Positions 35,991 to 49,545 of a stretch of 64,000 nt of DNA are shown piece after piece. Every line of letters begins with the position of its first letter. Within the stretch, counting starts at the first letter, position 1. Both the position numbers and the translations under genes were made by a program. The notes beneath the pieces are model-generated. The model was not told where the DNA came from and did no database searches. It worked only from the letters and a program-made list of their open reading frames with translations. This stretch comes from Ancylonema sp. (taxonomy: Eukaryota). The DNA lies in NCBI GenBank assembly GCA_050230475.1, contig JBFLGF010000226.1, positions 1-64,000 of the forward strand, read 5' to 3'.

Positions 35991-38900
35991 CTGCTGAACA
36001 GACCTGTGTCAATCTGGTCATCTTTGATGGAAAGGCTGCAGGGTAAAATGTTTTTCATCTGTTCCCATATGCGGCGTTCATCTTTACCTTGTAAATGCAC
36101 ATTTCCAGGAGGTCGGATTTGTGTAATCCTAAGGATTTGTGTAATCCTAAGGATTTGTGGATGTGTTTTGGTGTCAAGTGTGCCTTTGGTTTAACGTATC
36201 ACATAAACATATTGATTTTTGAGGAGACGAGGGCGAGGTCGTGCCCATGCACCACTGTGTACCCGAAAGTATTGATGCCTGTCTCGTTGTTGTACAATGG
36301 CAAGGTTGCGCATTGCCAGAGGCATGATTTCCTCAAAAAGTTTCATAATGAATTTTGGTTATTTTTTGAGTGCCTCAGGTAAGGGGTCATGTTCAGCTGC
36401 CTGTATTTGTGCCTGAAAGATAGGGTGTCTTCCATACAAAAAATAGTATCGTGAATATCCGGTAGAGGCCTGTTTTGTCATGCGGTACCCCATGGAGACA
36501 TAAGGTAGGTAAATGTCCCAATCCGTGCGATGTTCTTTTTAGGAGGATTTTCCTTAAAGATAGTTTCATCGTTTGAACCATGCGTTCTGTTAACCCATCA
36601 GATTGTGGGTGTTCCCGGGCTGCAGACGATGTGTAACTCGATGTCCGACAAGTAAGTCGGTGAATGCCCCTTCAAATTCCGCGCCTTGGTCAGTGATGAT
36701 TTCTCCAAGAGCTCCAAAACGAGAAAGGACATGAGTGAGTAAAGCATGTGCTGCTGATTTTGAAGATTTGTCGGGTAAGGCGATAAGTTCAACCCATTTG
36801 GTGAAATTTTTCAATGCATATCATAACGTATTGGTTTTTACGTGTACATTTTGGCATAGGTCCAGCGAAGTCCACTCCCCAACGGTAGAAGAGAGTCCCC
36901 GAATTGGTAAATGGTTGTAGTTGGGTGCGTCCATCAACAAAGTTTGTTTTTGCTCGAGAACATGATGCTGGACATTCTTTGATGACTTGAATGACATGAT
37001 CACCCATCCCATGCCACCCGTAATCTTGTTGTAAAGCGTGGAGCACGCGTTTTACCCCAAAATGACCGTATCGTGTGTGCATGATTAATCAGAGGGATTC
37101 ATTCTGGTGGTGGTGGAACGATTTTCATGTGCCCAGAGGTAGGGATTTTGTAAACATATCTCCCCATCCATCTATATTTGAGAGCCCGTCGGTATGTACG
37201 GTCTCTTTGTTGTGGTGTCAAGTCTGGTAGGTATGTATGTGTTTTGAGAAGTGTCATTGTGGCATTATTGTCCCAAATGTCCACTTTAACATCCTCTGGT
37301 TGTGGTGCACCTTGGTGAAACTCAAAAAGTATGATGGTAGACTGTGCCCCGTAGGTGAGGTCTGCATGTAGCATGGCGGTGTTTTCTCCCCTAAGGTTTC
37401 AATCTCATGGTTGTCAGTAGTTGTCTCTGGTAGTGGACAACGACTGCACCCGTCGGCATTAGAGTTTGCAACACCGGGGCGATGAATCATTTCAAATTCG
37501 TACTCTTGAAGTAAAAGTGTCCAACGTGCAAGTTTGCCGGTAAGTTTGGTGGTTGTCATGATCCATTTGAGGGGTGCATGATCAGAGTTGAGGTTTAATG
37601 GTTTACCGAATAGAAATTGCCGAAAATATTGCACCGCCCAGATTATAGCAAGACACTCCCCGTGGAAGCTGCTGTAGTTTCGTTCCGCATTGTTGCAGCT
37701 GCGACTACCAAATGCGACTGCATATTCGGTACCATCATCATCTGTCTGACTCAAAACGGCACCTAAACCATGTGCACTCCAATCGGTTGCTAACAAGTAT
37801 GGTTTATTGGTATCTAGTCTGCGGAGTACAGGCTCTGAACAGAGTGCCTGCTTAGTTCGATAAAGGCTGTTTCTTGAGTTTCGTCCCAGTGCCATTTTAC
37901 ATCCCCTTTCAAAAGTCCGTTGAGTGGGGAAGCAATCGTGGAGAAGTGTGGAACGAACTTGCGGTAATATGAAAACAACCCTAGAGCAGCACGAAGTTGA
38001 TGAATATCCTTCAGGTGTCGGCATATCCTTAATGGCTCTGGTTTTCTATTCTTGTGGTGCTATTCTTTTCCCAGAGATGTTATTGCCTAAAAAATCCATT
38101 TCATCTGCAAAGAATAAGCACTTACCTGGATGACATTTCAACTTGAACTGCCGAAGGCGATGAAAGACTTGTCGAAGGTGTTGGTGTTGAAGATGGTCCT
38201 CGACAGTATTGCTCCAGTTGCTAATGTCATCAATGTAGCATCGCGAGTTGCGAAGTCCTGCCAAAATTCGGTCCATGGTACGTTGGAAGAATGGTGGCTT
38301 GAGTCCATATGGTACGACATTCCATTCATAAAGTTGACGGTCAGCTCCCCAAAATGCAGTTTTTCATTTGTCCGTTTCACCGATAGGGATCTGGTAGTAT
38401 CCTTGTCGTAAATCTAATTTGGTAAATATTTTTTGCTCTTTCATGTCTTGAGAGATGTCCTCAATCCTTGGAAGCTGATACTTGTCTTATTGGGTTTGGT
38501 TGTTGATAGGACGATAATCACCACATTGGCGAAAGTCCGTGGGTTGTCCATTCTCGTCCTTCTTTCGTACCACGACGGTTGCCGAGGCCGTAATTGTTAC
38601 TGTCACTTTTGCGAATCATGCCTAGTTCGAGAAGTTTTTGACAATTTTCGCGAACAGAACTCCATTCGGTGTCAGAAAGACGATGAGAGTTTTGAAAGAT
38701 TGATTGATCTGTTTGCAAAGGAATTTCTGTAGGAGTATTGTTTGATGGAAGTAACTCTTCCGGAGAAAATGCAAAGACATCACGGTTTTCTTCCAGAAGG
38801 TCAATAACTTGGAGTTTTTTTTCCTCTGTTAGATTGTTGCCAATTTTCCATGTAATTGGTGTTACCTCAGAATTTGGTGTTGAATCTGGGTTGGATGGAA

Positions 38901-39133
38901 TCATGTTGTCATCGGTAACAATTGTTGATTGGTAATCGGTTTCACTCAATAATGATTGAGTGATAGGAATTGCATCTTGAGCAAGTTGGTGTTGCTCAGT
39001 TGAAGTGTGATGCTAGTGATTCCTATTGTTGTAAGATTCATTGGTCACAAAATCGTAATGAAGGGTGTGGTATAATGGATGAATAGATTAGTTGCCCCCC
39101 CCCCGCAAGGTGGGGTATGTACCCTATGCAAGG

Positions 39134-40279
39134 CTATAAGATGGATGGGAGTGCATGTATAGCCATGAGAATGCCTCCCAACCATTTAGCCATGTTGCGA
39201 TTCATTGTGCGTCCCAGCATTGCTTTCCGAGTGTTTTTTAAAATGCCTGGTGCACATGTATCTCCATTGTCAAAACCCATAAGTCTCTCACGTTCCCAGA
39301 CATTTGCTTCCTCCCAGTCATGTTTCTCCGTGTTGTAAAGAATTCGAGGGCCTGGTTGATTGTACCCTTGAAACTTAAATTGGTAATTGCCTGGGTACGA
39401 AACAAGTGTCGGTAGCGCACGACGTAGCTCGACAATTTTGTTAACTGGAGTGAATGGTGGTTCATCATCTTTAAGCACCTTATTAGGTCGATGATGTGGT
39501 TCGAGAATGGTGGACAAAGGTGGTAATTCCGGTGTGTCCGGAATAGCCAGCTCCAATACATCTGGTGATATCCACTTTGTCCAGATGCATCGAACACGGT
39601 GGGCTGTGCTACCGAAACTGCATGCGTCGGCAACTGCTGGAAAGCCCAAAAATGACTTTATAAGTCTAGTTGTATCTGGAATTTCCTTCACCAGATCTCC
39701 AAATGGATATGTGTTTTCCAAAATAAATACTGGTGGATATTTTTGGACTCTGATGAGATGGTTGATGGCTCGAATGAGGTCAAAGAAGTATGGAAATCGT
39801 CGATCATAGTAGAATTTGCCTTGTCAGGCTTTCCTGACCATCTGACATTCCCATCCCGCGAAGATGAAATCGATAGGTCCTCGTTGTAGGACCAGTTCAT
39901 CCAAATCGTCGTTTGATATTTTGGAAATATCGTGAGAAAGTCGAGTGTCGAAACCTTTAATTGCACTGGTTGGCAATTGTCGTGGGTATCGAACTTGAAG
40001 TCTGGGTAATGTTGCACGAGTGATGTCACGTGCGTCTTGGTCAATGTCACTGTGGGTATATGTACCAATGTTGTTTCCAGCTGCAAGTTGCACGATAGCG
40101 TCACTGCAGCTCATGCCACCAAAAGGCTCCCAAATGTGTAGACCATCTTGCACCGCTTTAGGTTGTAAGCGTACTGTGTAAGATGGGTCAATTGGTACAG
40201 CATCACGAATTGGTATGCCTTTCCATGCGTTCCATTGTGGTAATGGCTGGGTTTGTATTTTGTCGATAGCCTTGCGCAA
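39134..40279 (-). pseudogene. Retrotransposon-borne DNMT3-like C5-cytosine methyltransferase (frameshift at ~39820)
   Basis: HIWEPFGG (I), SDID (II), DISKI (III), GPIDFIFAGWECQ (IV), FILENTY (VI), PAVADACSFGSTAHRVRCIWT (VIII; compare DNMT3 PVMIDA..AHRARYFW), ERERLMGF..RKAMLGRTM (IX/X). Confidence 0.88.
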
Positions 40280-43200
40280 GTACTATGCGCTGTTGATACG
40301 CAAGGTTGTAAGTCTGTTGACTGCATGGTGCTCATTCACTTGTGCCATTATTTTGGCTGCCGCATTGAGTTGTAGTCGATGCGCTTGACGAATGTTTGTA
40401 TGTTTGGTTGTAGCAAGGTAAACCATGGTATTGGTTTCCCATTCCTGCATCTGAGGTTGGTACCCATTGTCAATAAATCCATCTGGAAAATTTTGTGGTT
40501 CGTGGTATACACCTTCTTCCATGACACGAAACTCAAATTCTATCAAAATGTCGGCTTCTTCTGTTGAATGTAACAAATCCTCGTGTGGAATTTGCATAAA
40601 TGTGTGAGCAGAAGTGTAAGTTACACCTGTATCCATGTATTGACAATGCACCGATGCCGCGTGTGGCAGAGTGTATTTGACTGGAATTGAGGCACGGTGT
40701 GTACCCTCTTTTTTCCAGTCAACGCAGTAATGAAAGTGTTGGCTCCATGGATCTGTAATACCTCCTATTGGTCCAAAGAAGGTACTGCCCAACAAAACAT
40801 CGTATTTGTCGGAGGGTGTCAAACGAAGTTTGGCGTTAACCGAAGTTTGGCCATGTCAAATGGTGATGGTGTATGTTTTCTTGGTAGTCCCCAAAGATTG
40901 TTGATATTTGCCATCTGAAGTTACATATTATTTTCCTTCTCCAGGATCAAGGTCTTGTGGTGTAAGCTTGAGTTGCTTGGCAAATTTGGTACCAATGGTC
41001 ACGTTCTCTACACCTGAATCGAATATTGGTAGTGAAGGTGTTTCTCCTCCACCAATAGTGAGGATGGATTGACTGTTGTTAGCGGTTGGTATATGCAAGT
41101 TGGTTGTCAATCTGGCGTTGCAAGGAATCGCCGGTGGTGGTTTAGTGTTTTGTGGTCCTATTACAGAGAGTGCCATTGGTGGTTGTGGCATCTCTGCTTG
41201 TCGAGGGTAATCATGTGGTGGTGGTATGTCACCCTGAGGTGAGTCAAGTAACAAATTCTCGTCGTCGTGGACAGTTGGTCATTGTATGTCCTGTTTGTCC
41301 ACAGAAATAACATCGTAATTCTTTTTCAATGACATCGTATGGTCTTCAAAATGGTCTGTTTGGTGCCTGATGTGGTGCAGACTCGAGTGGTGTCGAGGTA
41401 CATGAAGGTGAAAGGTGTGGGTTGTTATCAATGGAATACCCCAGGTTATGTTCGATCTTCGTGACTGTTGTAGTCGTTCGAAGTTTTGTCATGAGTTTTT
41501 CTAGCACTTGTTCAAGTTGTTCATCAGAAATGTGAACAGATCTTGCAAAAATGTGTGACTGAGGTGCCATAACTGTGTAAGGTGGTGGATCAACTTCTTT
41601 AGTCTTATGCTGCGCGTATCGTGTGAAATGCCAATGTAGCTTTCCACACCTCCTCTGCTTGAAGCAACTGAATGATGAGATGGCAAGGGATGTGCTCCTG
41701 CCACTCCTGCTTCCTGTATGTTTGTAACATCTGGACGTGCGCCAATGTTTGTTCTCGCATATGAGGTGGCAATAGATGTACCATTTGGTTTTGTTCCTCA
41801 ATCTGACTCTGAATGAGTCCCAGTTTGTAAAATCGAAAATCCTGCCCCATATCTGTTGTTATGGAAAGCAGATCTTTCTCTAATGTTAATTTGTTCAGCA
41901 TGTATTCAATTTTGGATGCTCTTTCGACCCAATGTCCATGATTATAAACGTCTGACATTGAATCGTGATATGAAAAAGTGTATATCGTCAATGAAGTAGT
42001 AGTCAGGAAAGACAAAAGATGTTCAAAACAAAAATCTGGTCCCAATGTTTGTTACAAACTTTTAATTATCGAAATCAAGGTCTTCCGCTGTCAGATTGAA
42101 GTAGTAATGCAGATTGAGTCTCTGCTAAGATATCAATATTATATCTATCACACGTCTCAGCGGTCTGGTGAAATTCACTACTTAACGCCGAGGGCGAGCT
42201 AACAGATGGTTTATAGTACAAAAATATGTGAAAATACTATAAAGCAAACAAGATAGTCTGGTGCAGACTATCAAGGTTAGCAGCCGTAAGAGTTACTTTC
42301 GGTGCGAAAGCAAAGTATCGACGGCGCGTCGATAATAGATGCTGGCTCAAAAAAAGCGTCAGCAGACAGGTGTCAACAACAAATACTGGCTCGGAGCGAG
42401 CGACAACAAACACACACACACAAATGAAATTGCCGGTTCGGAGCGAACGCGGGCAAATCGACTGATGTTTAACACACACACGCACGCTTGCTGGCTCAGA
42501 GAGAGCGTCAGCGAATCGATGTAAGAAATTACGTCGATAGCAGTGCTGGCTCAGAAAGAGCGTCAGCAACAGATTCAGATGAATCAGATCAAATACACAC
42601 ACACACACACACACAGATTGCAAATAATAATTTGCAATCTTACCGGCTGGCTGACGGATGTCAGGCGAAGTCGGAAGACGAGCACGCTGCGAAGTCGCGT
42701 AAGCGAAGGGATGCAATATTCACAAAATTACAATGGAATCAGATAACACAGAATATTGTTGGAAGGGATTTCTTAACAGCGCAATCTGACAGCAAAAGCT
42801 GTCAGATATGAAAGTACGAATTGACTTTTATCACAAAGTTGTTGCGCGGTGCTAACCGGCAAAGTTAACTAGAGTTAAACTGTCGAAGATCACGACAGGC
42901 TGGCTTCTAGAACATTATAATTCATCTCGGCGCTCCGATGAAAACGGCGCGAGATAATACTCTAGTTCTACGGCTGGTTTTAATCGCCGGGGTTATCGAC
43001 AAGTCGAAAGAGACTTGTGATTTAAACAAAATCGACACGCAGCTATTTGTTGAAGACTGCTGGATTCTAGACTTCGGAAAATACGCCACGCGTTATTTTC
43101 TCGTACAAATTTCGTACTTCACTATTTCTCTAGCAAAGTACTAATTCTAGAAAATCGTTATATCGAATACCCTCATGTATGGATGAGCAGCATGAGGATT

Positions 43201-43440
43201 GGGCCTTGGATCATCATCTGGATCTCACTCCCCCCCCCCAACTACGAAAGCTCTGTGTCGGAGGCTCGGACACACGGATAGATGATGTGGAGCCTCGTAA
43301 AAGATAATTTACATAATCAAGGGTGATTTTGAAAAAGAAACAAAAACAAGGGTGGCAGGGTGAGTTGAATTAGCCCCCCCCCCAATTGGAGAAAACCCGA
43401 TGGTTAATGTTCCGGAGAGAACCACTCCCCGTCTGGAATG

Positions 43441-43936
43441 TGTAAGAATATTCGGATAGCCATGCCTTATGCTTGCTAGTCCAGTTGTGACCGGTTACTC
43501 TAACCGGGCGCCATATTCCTAGATGTGCTTGTATGCGGGGCCTGGCACGATTGTGTCCGGGCACCTGTTCTGTTGTCACGCTTGATGTCGACACTTGGAG
43601 TCGTTAATAGCGGTTGGCATGCTTGACGTGTCTTGATTGGTTTGATCTAGTCATGTCAGGAGTGTCCAGGAGTGTTAGGAGTGTCAGGAGTGTCAGGAGT
43701 GATATATAGATGAGTTGTCACTCAAGGATAGGCCGACGGTCAATTGTACCGACCGTCGGCACACAACGATCTGTAAAGCGCATCGGGTATTACCATCCCC
43801 GATACGATCACAATAATAATTCGTTCCACACACACAACTCCTGTCTCGTTGATCATCAGTGATAGAGATCCTTTGCGTACGGTTCGTTTTGTCGCCCACC
43901 AAATCTCCTGCACGTCTAATCACTCAAAAGCTTATA
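43441..43936 (+). repeat. Copia 5' LTR
   Basis: Direct repeat of 49546-50022, with a TCAGGAGTG expansion at ~43655-43700. Confidence 0.92.
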
Positions 43937-43964
43937 GGTTATGGGCCCACAACGGGGAAAATGT

Positions 43965-44037
43965 TGACCAGGCCAGGGATCGATCCCGGGACCTGTCCTT
44001 TGACGCGGGACCGCTCTAACCACTGAGCTACCCAGTC
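43965..44037 (-). ncRNA. tRNA-like (Pol III A/B box) cassette in the copia leader, antisense
   Basis: GACTGGG TA GCTC AGTGGTTA GAGC G GTCCC GCGTCAA AGGAC AGGTC CCGGG ATCGATC CCTGG CCTGGTC A, followed by ACATTTT. A 73-nt cloverleaf with an imperfect anticodon arm. Confidence 0.65.
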
Positions 44038-44187
44038 CGATGTGTTTTAGCGCGGCGTGCCCCCATATAACCGATGGATTAAGCACCCGCCGCGTGTGTT
44101 ATAGTGTTGCACGCAATTTCGACATTGCGTTGCAAGAAATCGGGCTGAGAGCTGCATTGCAGGAATTGCACTGAGAGCTGAAGTTGC

Positions 44188-45570
44188 GTGAGAATTCTCG
44201 TGAAATCCTACACAACTGTTGCCATAATGTCGGATAAATCTCAATTTCCGCACTTTAGTGGAGCAGATTATACAGGATGGGCCTTCAAGGTCAAGTATGG
44301 GTTAGCAGATAAAAAGCTGCATCGTATGGTCATGGAGTGGGATAGCCTGCTGCGGAGGTGTCGTCCAGATGTTATTTTGCCATTGACCCCAGACAATGAG
44401 CTGCAACTTATTGCTAGGGGGATCGACGTTGATGAGAGAAGAACCAAGGAGCACCAAATTTCCCAGCAACTGCCACAGCTCGAGAAATGGGACGAGGAGA
44501 ATCTGGCTGCAATGTCGTACATCGTGAAGCAGGGTCCCTCGGAGTTGACGCACGTCACGGACTGCACGACAGCTGCCGGGATGTGGGAGGCCTTGAAGAC
44601 TTTTTACATGGTGAAGGGAGCGATCGAGATCGCTAACACCGAGGCGCTGCTGAGCGCTATTATTCAGACGGAGGCTGGGGACCTCAACGTCTACGTGAAG
44701 CGGCTGCAACCTCAACGTCTACGTGAAGCGGCTGCAGCAGATCCATCAGGACGTGAAGAATCTGGGATTAATTTGTTGAAATCCCTCAACACTCACTACA
44801 ACCCCATGGTGTCGACGCACATGCCGTGGTCGGAGTCATCACCGCATCTTTTCACGATTCCGCACATCGTGAGTGCGCTGCTGCGCGACGCCGTCCGGAA
44901 AGAGCTGAATGAGCGGAAGAGGGGGGCGCTGCCAGGAGGTCACCACGCTAACTATGGTGGATCTGGAGGGGGTAGCGGAGCTGGAGGAAGCAGCAGACCT
45001 GGTGGTGGGTGTGGAGCTGGTCGCAGAGACGCTCGAGGCGTCGAATGCTTCAATTGCCACCAATTCGGCCACATCAGGGCACATTGTACTTCACCAGCCG
45101 TTGGCGGAGGCCATGCCGGAGCTTGGAAATGCCACAGGTGCCACCAAGCAGGCCATAGGGCTGCGCAGTGCCCTGCAGCATCGCCAGCAGCTGCGAATGT
45201 CGGACATGCACATCAGGGAAGTTCAGGGGGGAAGATCAAGTGCAGATATTGCAACAATCTTGGACAGTCCATTGACAAATGTAGAAAACGTGCATCTGAT
45301 ATGGCATTGATGAACCAAGAGGCTACTCGATGGGCTGAAGCACAGACTAGACTTGCTCGCTTTGCTGACACACCTTTCGATGCCAATGTGGATTATCTTT
45401 CTTTCGGTGCATTCTCATTTGATGTTGCCCGAGCTCTGTCTGCTGGTTCTCACAAAGAGTCTCTCATCCTGGATTCAGGGGCTACTGACCACATCTTCAC
45501 CGAGCGTGAACAGCGTGAACATTTCGTCGAGTACATCCCAACCCTGAGCACGCTTCATCACCACTGCTGA
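44188..45570 (+). pseudogene. Copia gag-protease ORF (truncated)
   Basis: FSGADYTGWAFKV, TAAGMWEALK, CCHC knuckles and LILDSGATDHI. Confidence 0.85.
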
Positions 45571-48500
45571 CGGCTCGTCGCACAAGGTGGCAGGCACGGG
45601 TTTCGTGCACATCCGAGTCAAGAACGGCAGCTCGTTCTTCGTGCAGCCTCTCTACTCGATCCACGTCCCTACCTTTGCCTGCACCCTCGTGTCGACATCA
45701 TGCCTCGTCAAAAGAGGTAGGCTGAGCTTCTTACAGCTGCCCACGGGTCCATAATTGAAAAGGGGGATGTGAAATGGGCTGATGTAGTTGAACAGCCTAG
45801 TGGTCTCACTTTGCTAGCAGCCGCTACCATCATCGGGTCTCACAACACAACGAACTTATCCACAGGCATGATGCATCACAAACTCGGTCACCCTGGTGCT
45901 GATGTAATGTCAGATTTTGTCAGACGTGGGGACATCCCTAAGTTAAGTTCAGATGAATTAGCTGAGGTCAAGGGTTGTGAGGTTTGCTGTTAGGGAAAAA
46001 TGAGTCAGTTGAGTCACGCCAAGGCCAGCGAAGATCTAGGGACATGCCCCAAGATGGGACGCATTCACGTGGATCTGATTGGACCTCTTTGACCTCTTTC
46101 TGTTAGGTTTGCTAATGGAGCTTTCATATATGCACAGACAAGGATTGAGGTGTCCACACGTCTTATTCTGCTGAAAAGAAAGGATGAAGCACTTGACTGA
46201 GCAAAGGTCACTATACAGTTGCTCGAGGTACAGTCAGGGTTGTCACTACAGTCTATCAGGACAGACAAAGGTGGGGAGTATGTGTCTCAAGACTGGATGA
46301 ACTACTGTGGGGGGAAGGGTATTGATAAACAAACCACGGATGCGTACAGTCCTCAGCAAAATGGCATATGTGAGAGACTGAACAAAACTTTGACATAAAA
46401 GATGCGTTGCATACAGATTTGGTCAGGTTTACCGAAGTCTTATTGGGATGTTGCACTCTTGCATGCAAACTCGTTAAGAAACAAAACACCAACTAAGTCG
46501 CTCGCTGGAAAAATACCCATTGAAGTCTGGGAGGGAAAGAAGCTGAAAATGAACAAAAGTCATAACTTTGGGTGTCTGGTGCAATACTTAAAAGTTGGGG
46601 CACAAAAGAACAAGCAAGGGGACAGTTTGCCCCTCGCACTTGCTTTGGTGTGTTTTTGGGGACGGCTGCAGGGAGTGCAGGCTACAACGTGTTCGACCCT
46701 CATAGGGCGGGGGTGATAGCACGCACGGACGTGCGGTTCTTCGAGGAGGTGCCGGGGTTACCCAAAACTGATGGGGGGGAGAGCTCCCCAGGTTGAGGCT
46801 AAAGCAGAGAAACATTTCTTCTATCTGTTCCCCGACACCCCGAAGATGAACCCCTAGCAGCAGTTGTGCCAGTAGCAGCAGTTCCTCCCATCATACCAGC
46901 AGTCGTGCCACAAATGCCAGCACCAGCAGTTCCAGCAGCCCCAGCGCCAGCAGCTGCCAACAATCTCGAGCACGTCGACTTCCAGCCACAAGTTGCTGAG
47001 GTCCCCATTATTGCGATTGAGCTGTGGGACAGCCGGTCAGGGATCAACACTGCAGGAGGTGGAGATGGAGGGGAGGAGGAGGTGCAAGGAGGGGGTGCGA
47101 ACCCAGGAGTGGGGGAGCCTGGCAGCATAGCTGAGCGGGTGATGGCGAGGCGGAGGGCCAACTTTGCACAGTATGGGGACATTTTGTGATGCGATGGGGA
47201 GGAGTTCGACGACGAGGCACACGCCAACTACTCAGCGACTGAGTGGGAGGCCCAGCTGTTCCTTCACTGGCTTCAACGGTCCTGTAGATCTTGGCTACGC
47301 TTGCGTCGCATCATCCAACAACTCCTCCGTGCCGCTCACCTTCAACCATGCCATGATGAGGCCAGACTGGGACCAGTGGGACAAAGCCATCATTGAAGAG
47401 CTTGCTGCCCTGGAGACGTTCAACACCTTCGAGGTGTGTGTTCCTCCAGGTAAAAAGGTTGGGGGTGTCGATATGTATTTAAAGTCAAAATTACACCTAA
47501 GGGGAATATTGAAAGATATAAAGTCAGAGTGGTCGCACAGGGATTCTTACAGCAAGAAGGGATTGACTATAATGAAGTATTTGCACCAGTTATTGACAGT
47601 ACATCTATTACCTTACTCCTCGCTATAGGCAAACCAAGTTGACAGGGAACTGGAATAGATGGACGTAATCACAGCGTTCCTGCATGGACGTCTAGAAGAA
47701 GAAGTATATCTGAAAATACCACCGCGTATGTATATTAAAGGGGGTGCTAAGGGCAAGGTCTTACGACTAAAGGGTGCTTTGTACGGACTGAAACAGAGTA
47801 GCCACGTGGCAGGAAATGTTCAGAAAATTCATGCTAGCTGAAGGGTTTAAACAATGTGTCATGGATACTTGCATATACATGAGGGGAGAGGGGACAGCAG
47901 AATCATACTAGGCATTCATGTAGATGATCAGGTGATCACAGGTCCTAACGCAATGGTGGTCAAAACATTTAAAGGGGACATGGGTAAAAAGTTCAAGGTC
48001 AAGGATCTGGGTCCCCTAACCCATATCCTGGGGGTGGAAGTGAAGAGGGACAGACAAAGAAAATTGCTCACACTGGGACAGTCAGGATTCTTAAGGGGGG
48101 TGCTTGAACGGTACGGAATGCACGAGTGTAAATCCAACAAAACTCCCACTCGCCCCTGGCACACAGTTTACGCAAGATGATGAACCAAACCTTCCCCTAC
48201 CCCTGAAGAAATAACAGACTTTCGAGGACAAGGGGGATCTCTCATTTACGCCGTGAAACAAACCAGACTGAACATCGCATATGCACTAGGGGTACTGGCT
48301 AAACATATGAGTAATCCTAGGGTCGCACACATAAGGGCTTTGCATCAGCTATTCAGATACTTGAAAGGGACTGTCAACCACGGACTGACGTTTGTGGGAA
48401 AAGACAGCTTTGAAGTGAAGGGTTACTGCGATGCATCTTGGAACAGCTGCAACATAACAAGAAAGTCAGTCACAGGATGGGTAACCACGGTTGGGGGGAC

Positions 48501-49545
48501 AACACTGAGTTGGAAGTCACAGAAACAGTCCACCGTTGCACAGAGCACTGCTGAGGGTGAATACATCGCTGCTTGTAGTGTATCTAAGGAATGCTCTATC
48601 TAAAGTCTCTCTTGAAATAACTCAAGTTTCCAAACCAAATAACAATCCACACTAATTCCACATCCGCTCTCTCCATGATCCAGAACCCTGTGCAAAGACA
48701 TAAAGCAAACATTTTAATGTCGTGTACCACTGGGTACGGGAATGCCACAGCACTGGGAGACTAAAGTATGTGTATCTTGCAGGGGAAAATCAACCAGCAG
48801 ATATGTTAACCAAAGCTCTCCCATAGGTTTTACTGGACAGACACAGCAAATGTCTAGGTTTTGACGGTTGTACTGAACTGGGGGTGGCAGTCTTTTCATT
48901 TATTTTATTCTGGGAGGTTTCGAATGCCATGCATGTTTGGCAGGGGGTGTGTTTTGTGTTTCTTTCATGCAGAAGTACACTTGGGAAGGGTACAACAACT
49001 TCAGCCCATCCAGCTAAGTCACACTCTTGCCTTAATACCTTCAAGAACACTTAAGGACACTTAATGACAAATCAGAAACTGCAGATCTGCTCAAGTTTAA
49101 AGTTGTCAGTTTGCGCTGAATTTTAGAATGTATGTTTTCATGCATATTTCAAAACTTGTGTCAAAATTTGGTGCTGATAGGTTCGGTAGTTTTGAAGTCA
49201 TGTTGTTTTGAAATTTCCGGACTGGAAAGTATAAAATTGTGAAATTGAAAAAGTGAAGAAGTCAAAAATATTTTTCTTAAGTTTTTTTTTTTTCGCCTAA
49301 CTTGTGGTATATAATTGTTTGTTCAGGGCTTTGGCCCGAAAGACGACTAAGGTGCGGGAGCGATCGGCTGCAACACTTCCGATCGGCTGCGTTTGTAGAT
49401 AGGGCTCCCTAGCACGCTTGTATGCTAGTGAAGACCACACTACTTTATAGGCTATGCAATGGTTCTGCCATGATTTAGCCGTAACTAGGGTAGTCCCTTG
49501 GATGTTCACATCTATGCCAACTTTAGCATGAAATCCGAGGGGGTG

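Larger units (their letters stand above)
35564..43227 (-). mobile_element. Degenerate Ty3/gypsy element A: PR - DNMT3-like - RT - RH - INT - PHD
   Basis: PR IFDSG (~41030) and YDVLLG; DNMT 40279-39134; RT CYIDDIS; RH ATDWS..VAFGSRS..NADGCSR; INT GHFG..WGVDFAGP..ITDQGAEF; PHD ~35990-35860; PPT 35776-35788; 3' LTR 35775-35564; only a partial LTR head at 43227. Confidence 0.9.

Noticed and set aside
36113..36160. Short tandem duplications (also 35788-35835 and 44682-44736)
   Set aside because: Ordinary slippage-type duplications within decayed TE sequence.
39134..40279. Bacterial restriction-modification methylase or contamination
   Set aside because: The domain is embedded between the gypsy protease and RT, motifs VIII-X are DNMT3-like, and the region has spliced plant genes.
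43965..44037. Functional tRNA-Asp(GTC) or a TCA suppressor tRNA
   Set aside because: The anticodon stem is mismatched, U33 is absent, and the second copy has a different loop. It is kept only as tRNA-like.
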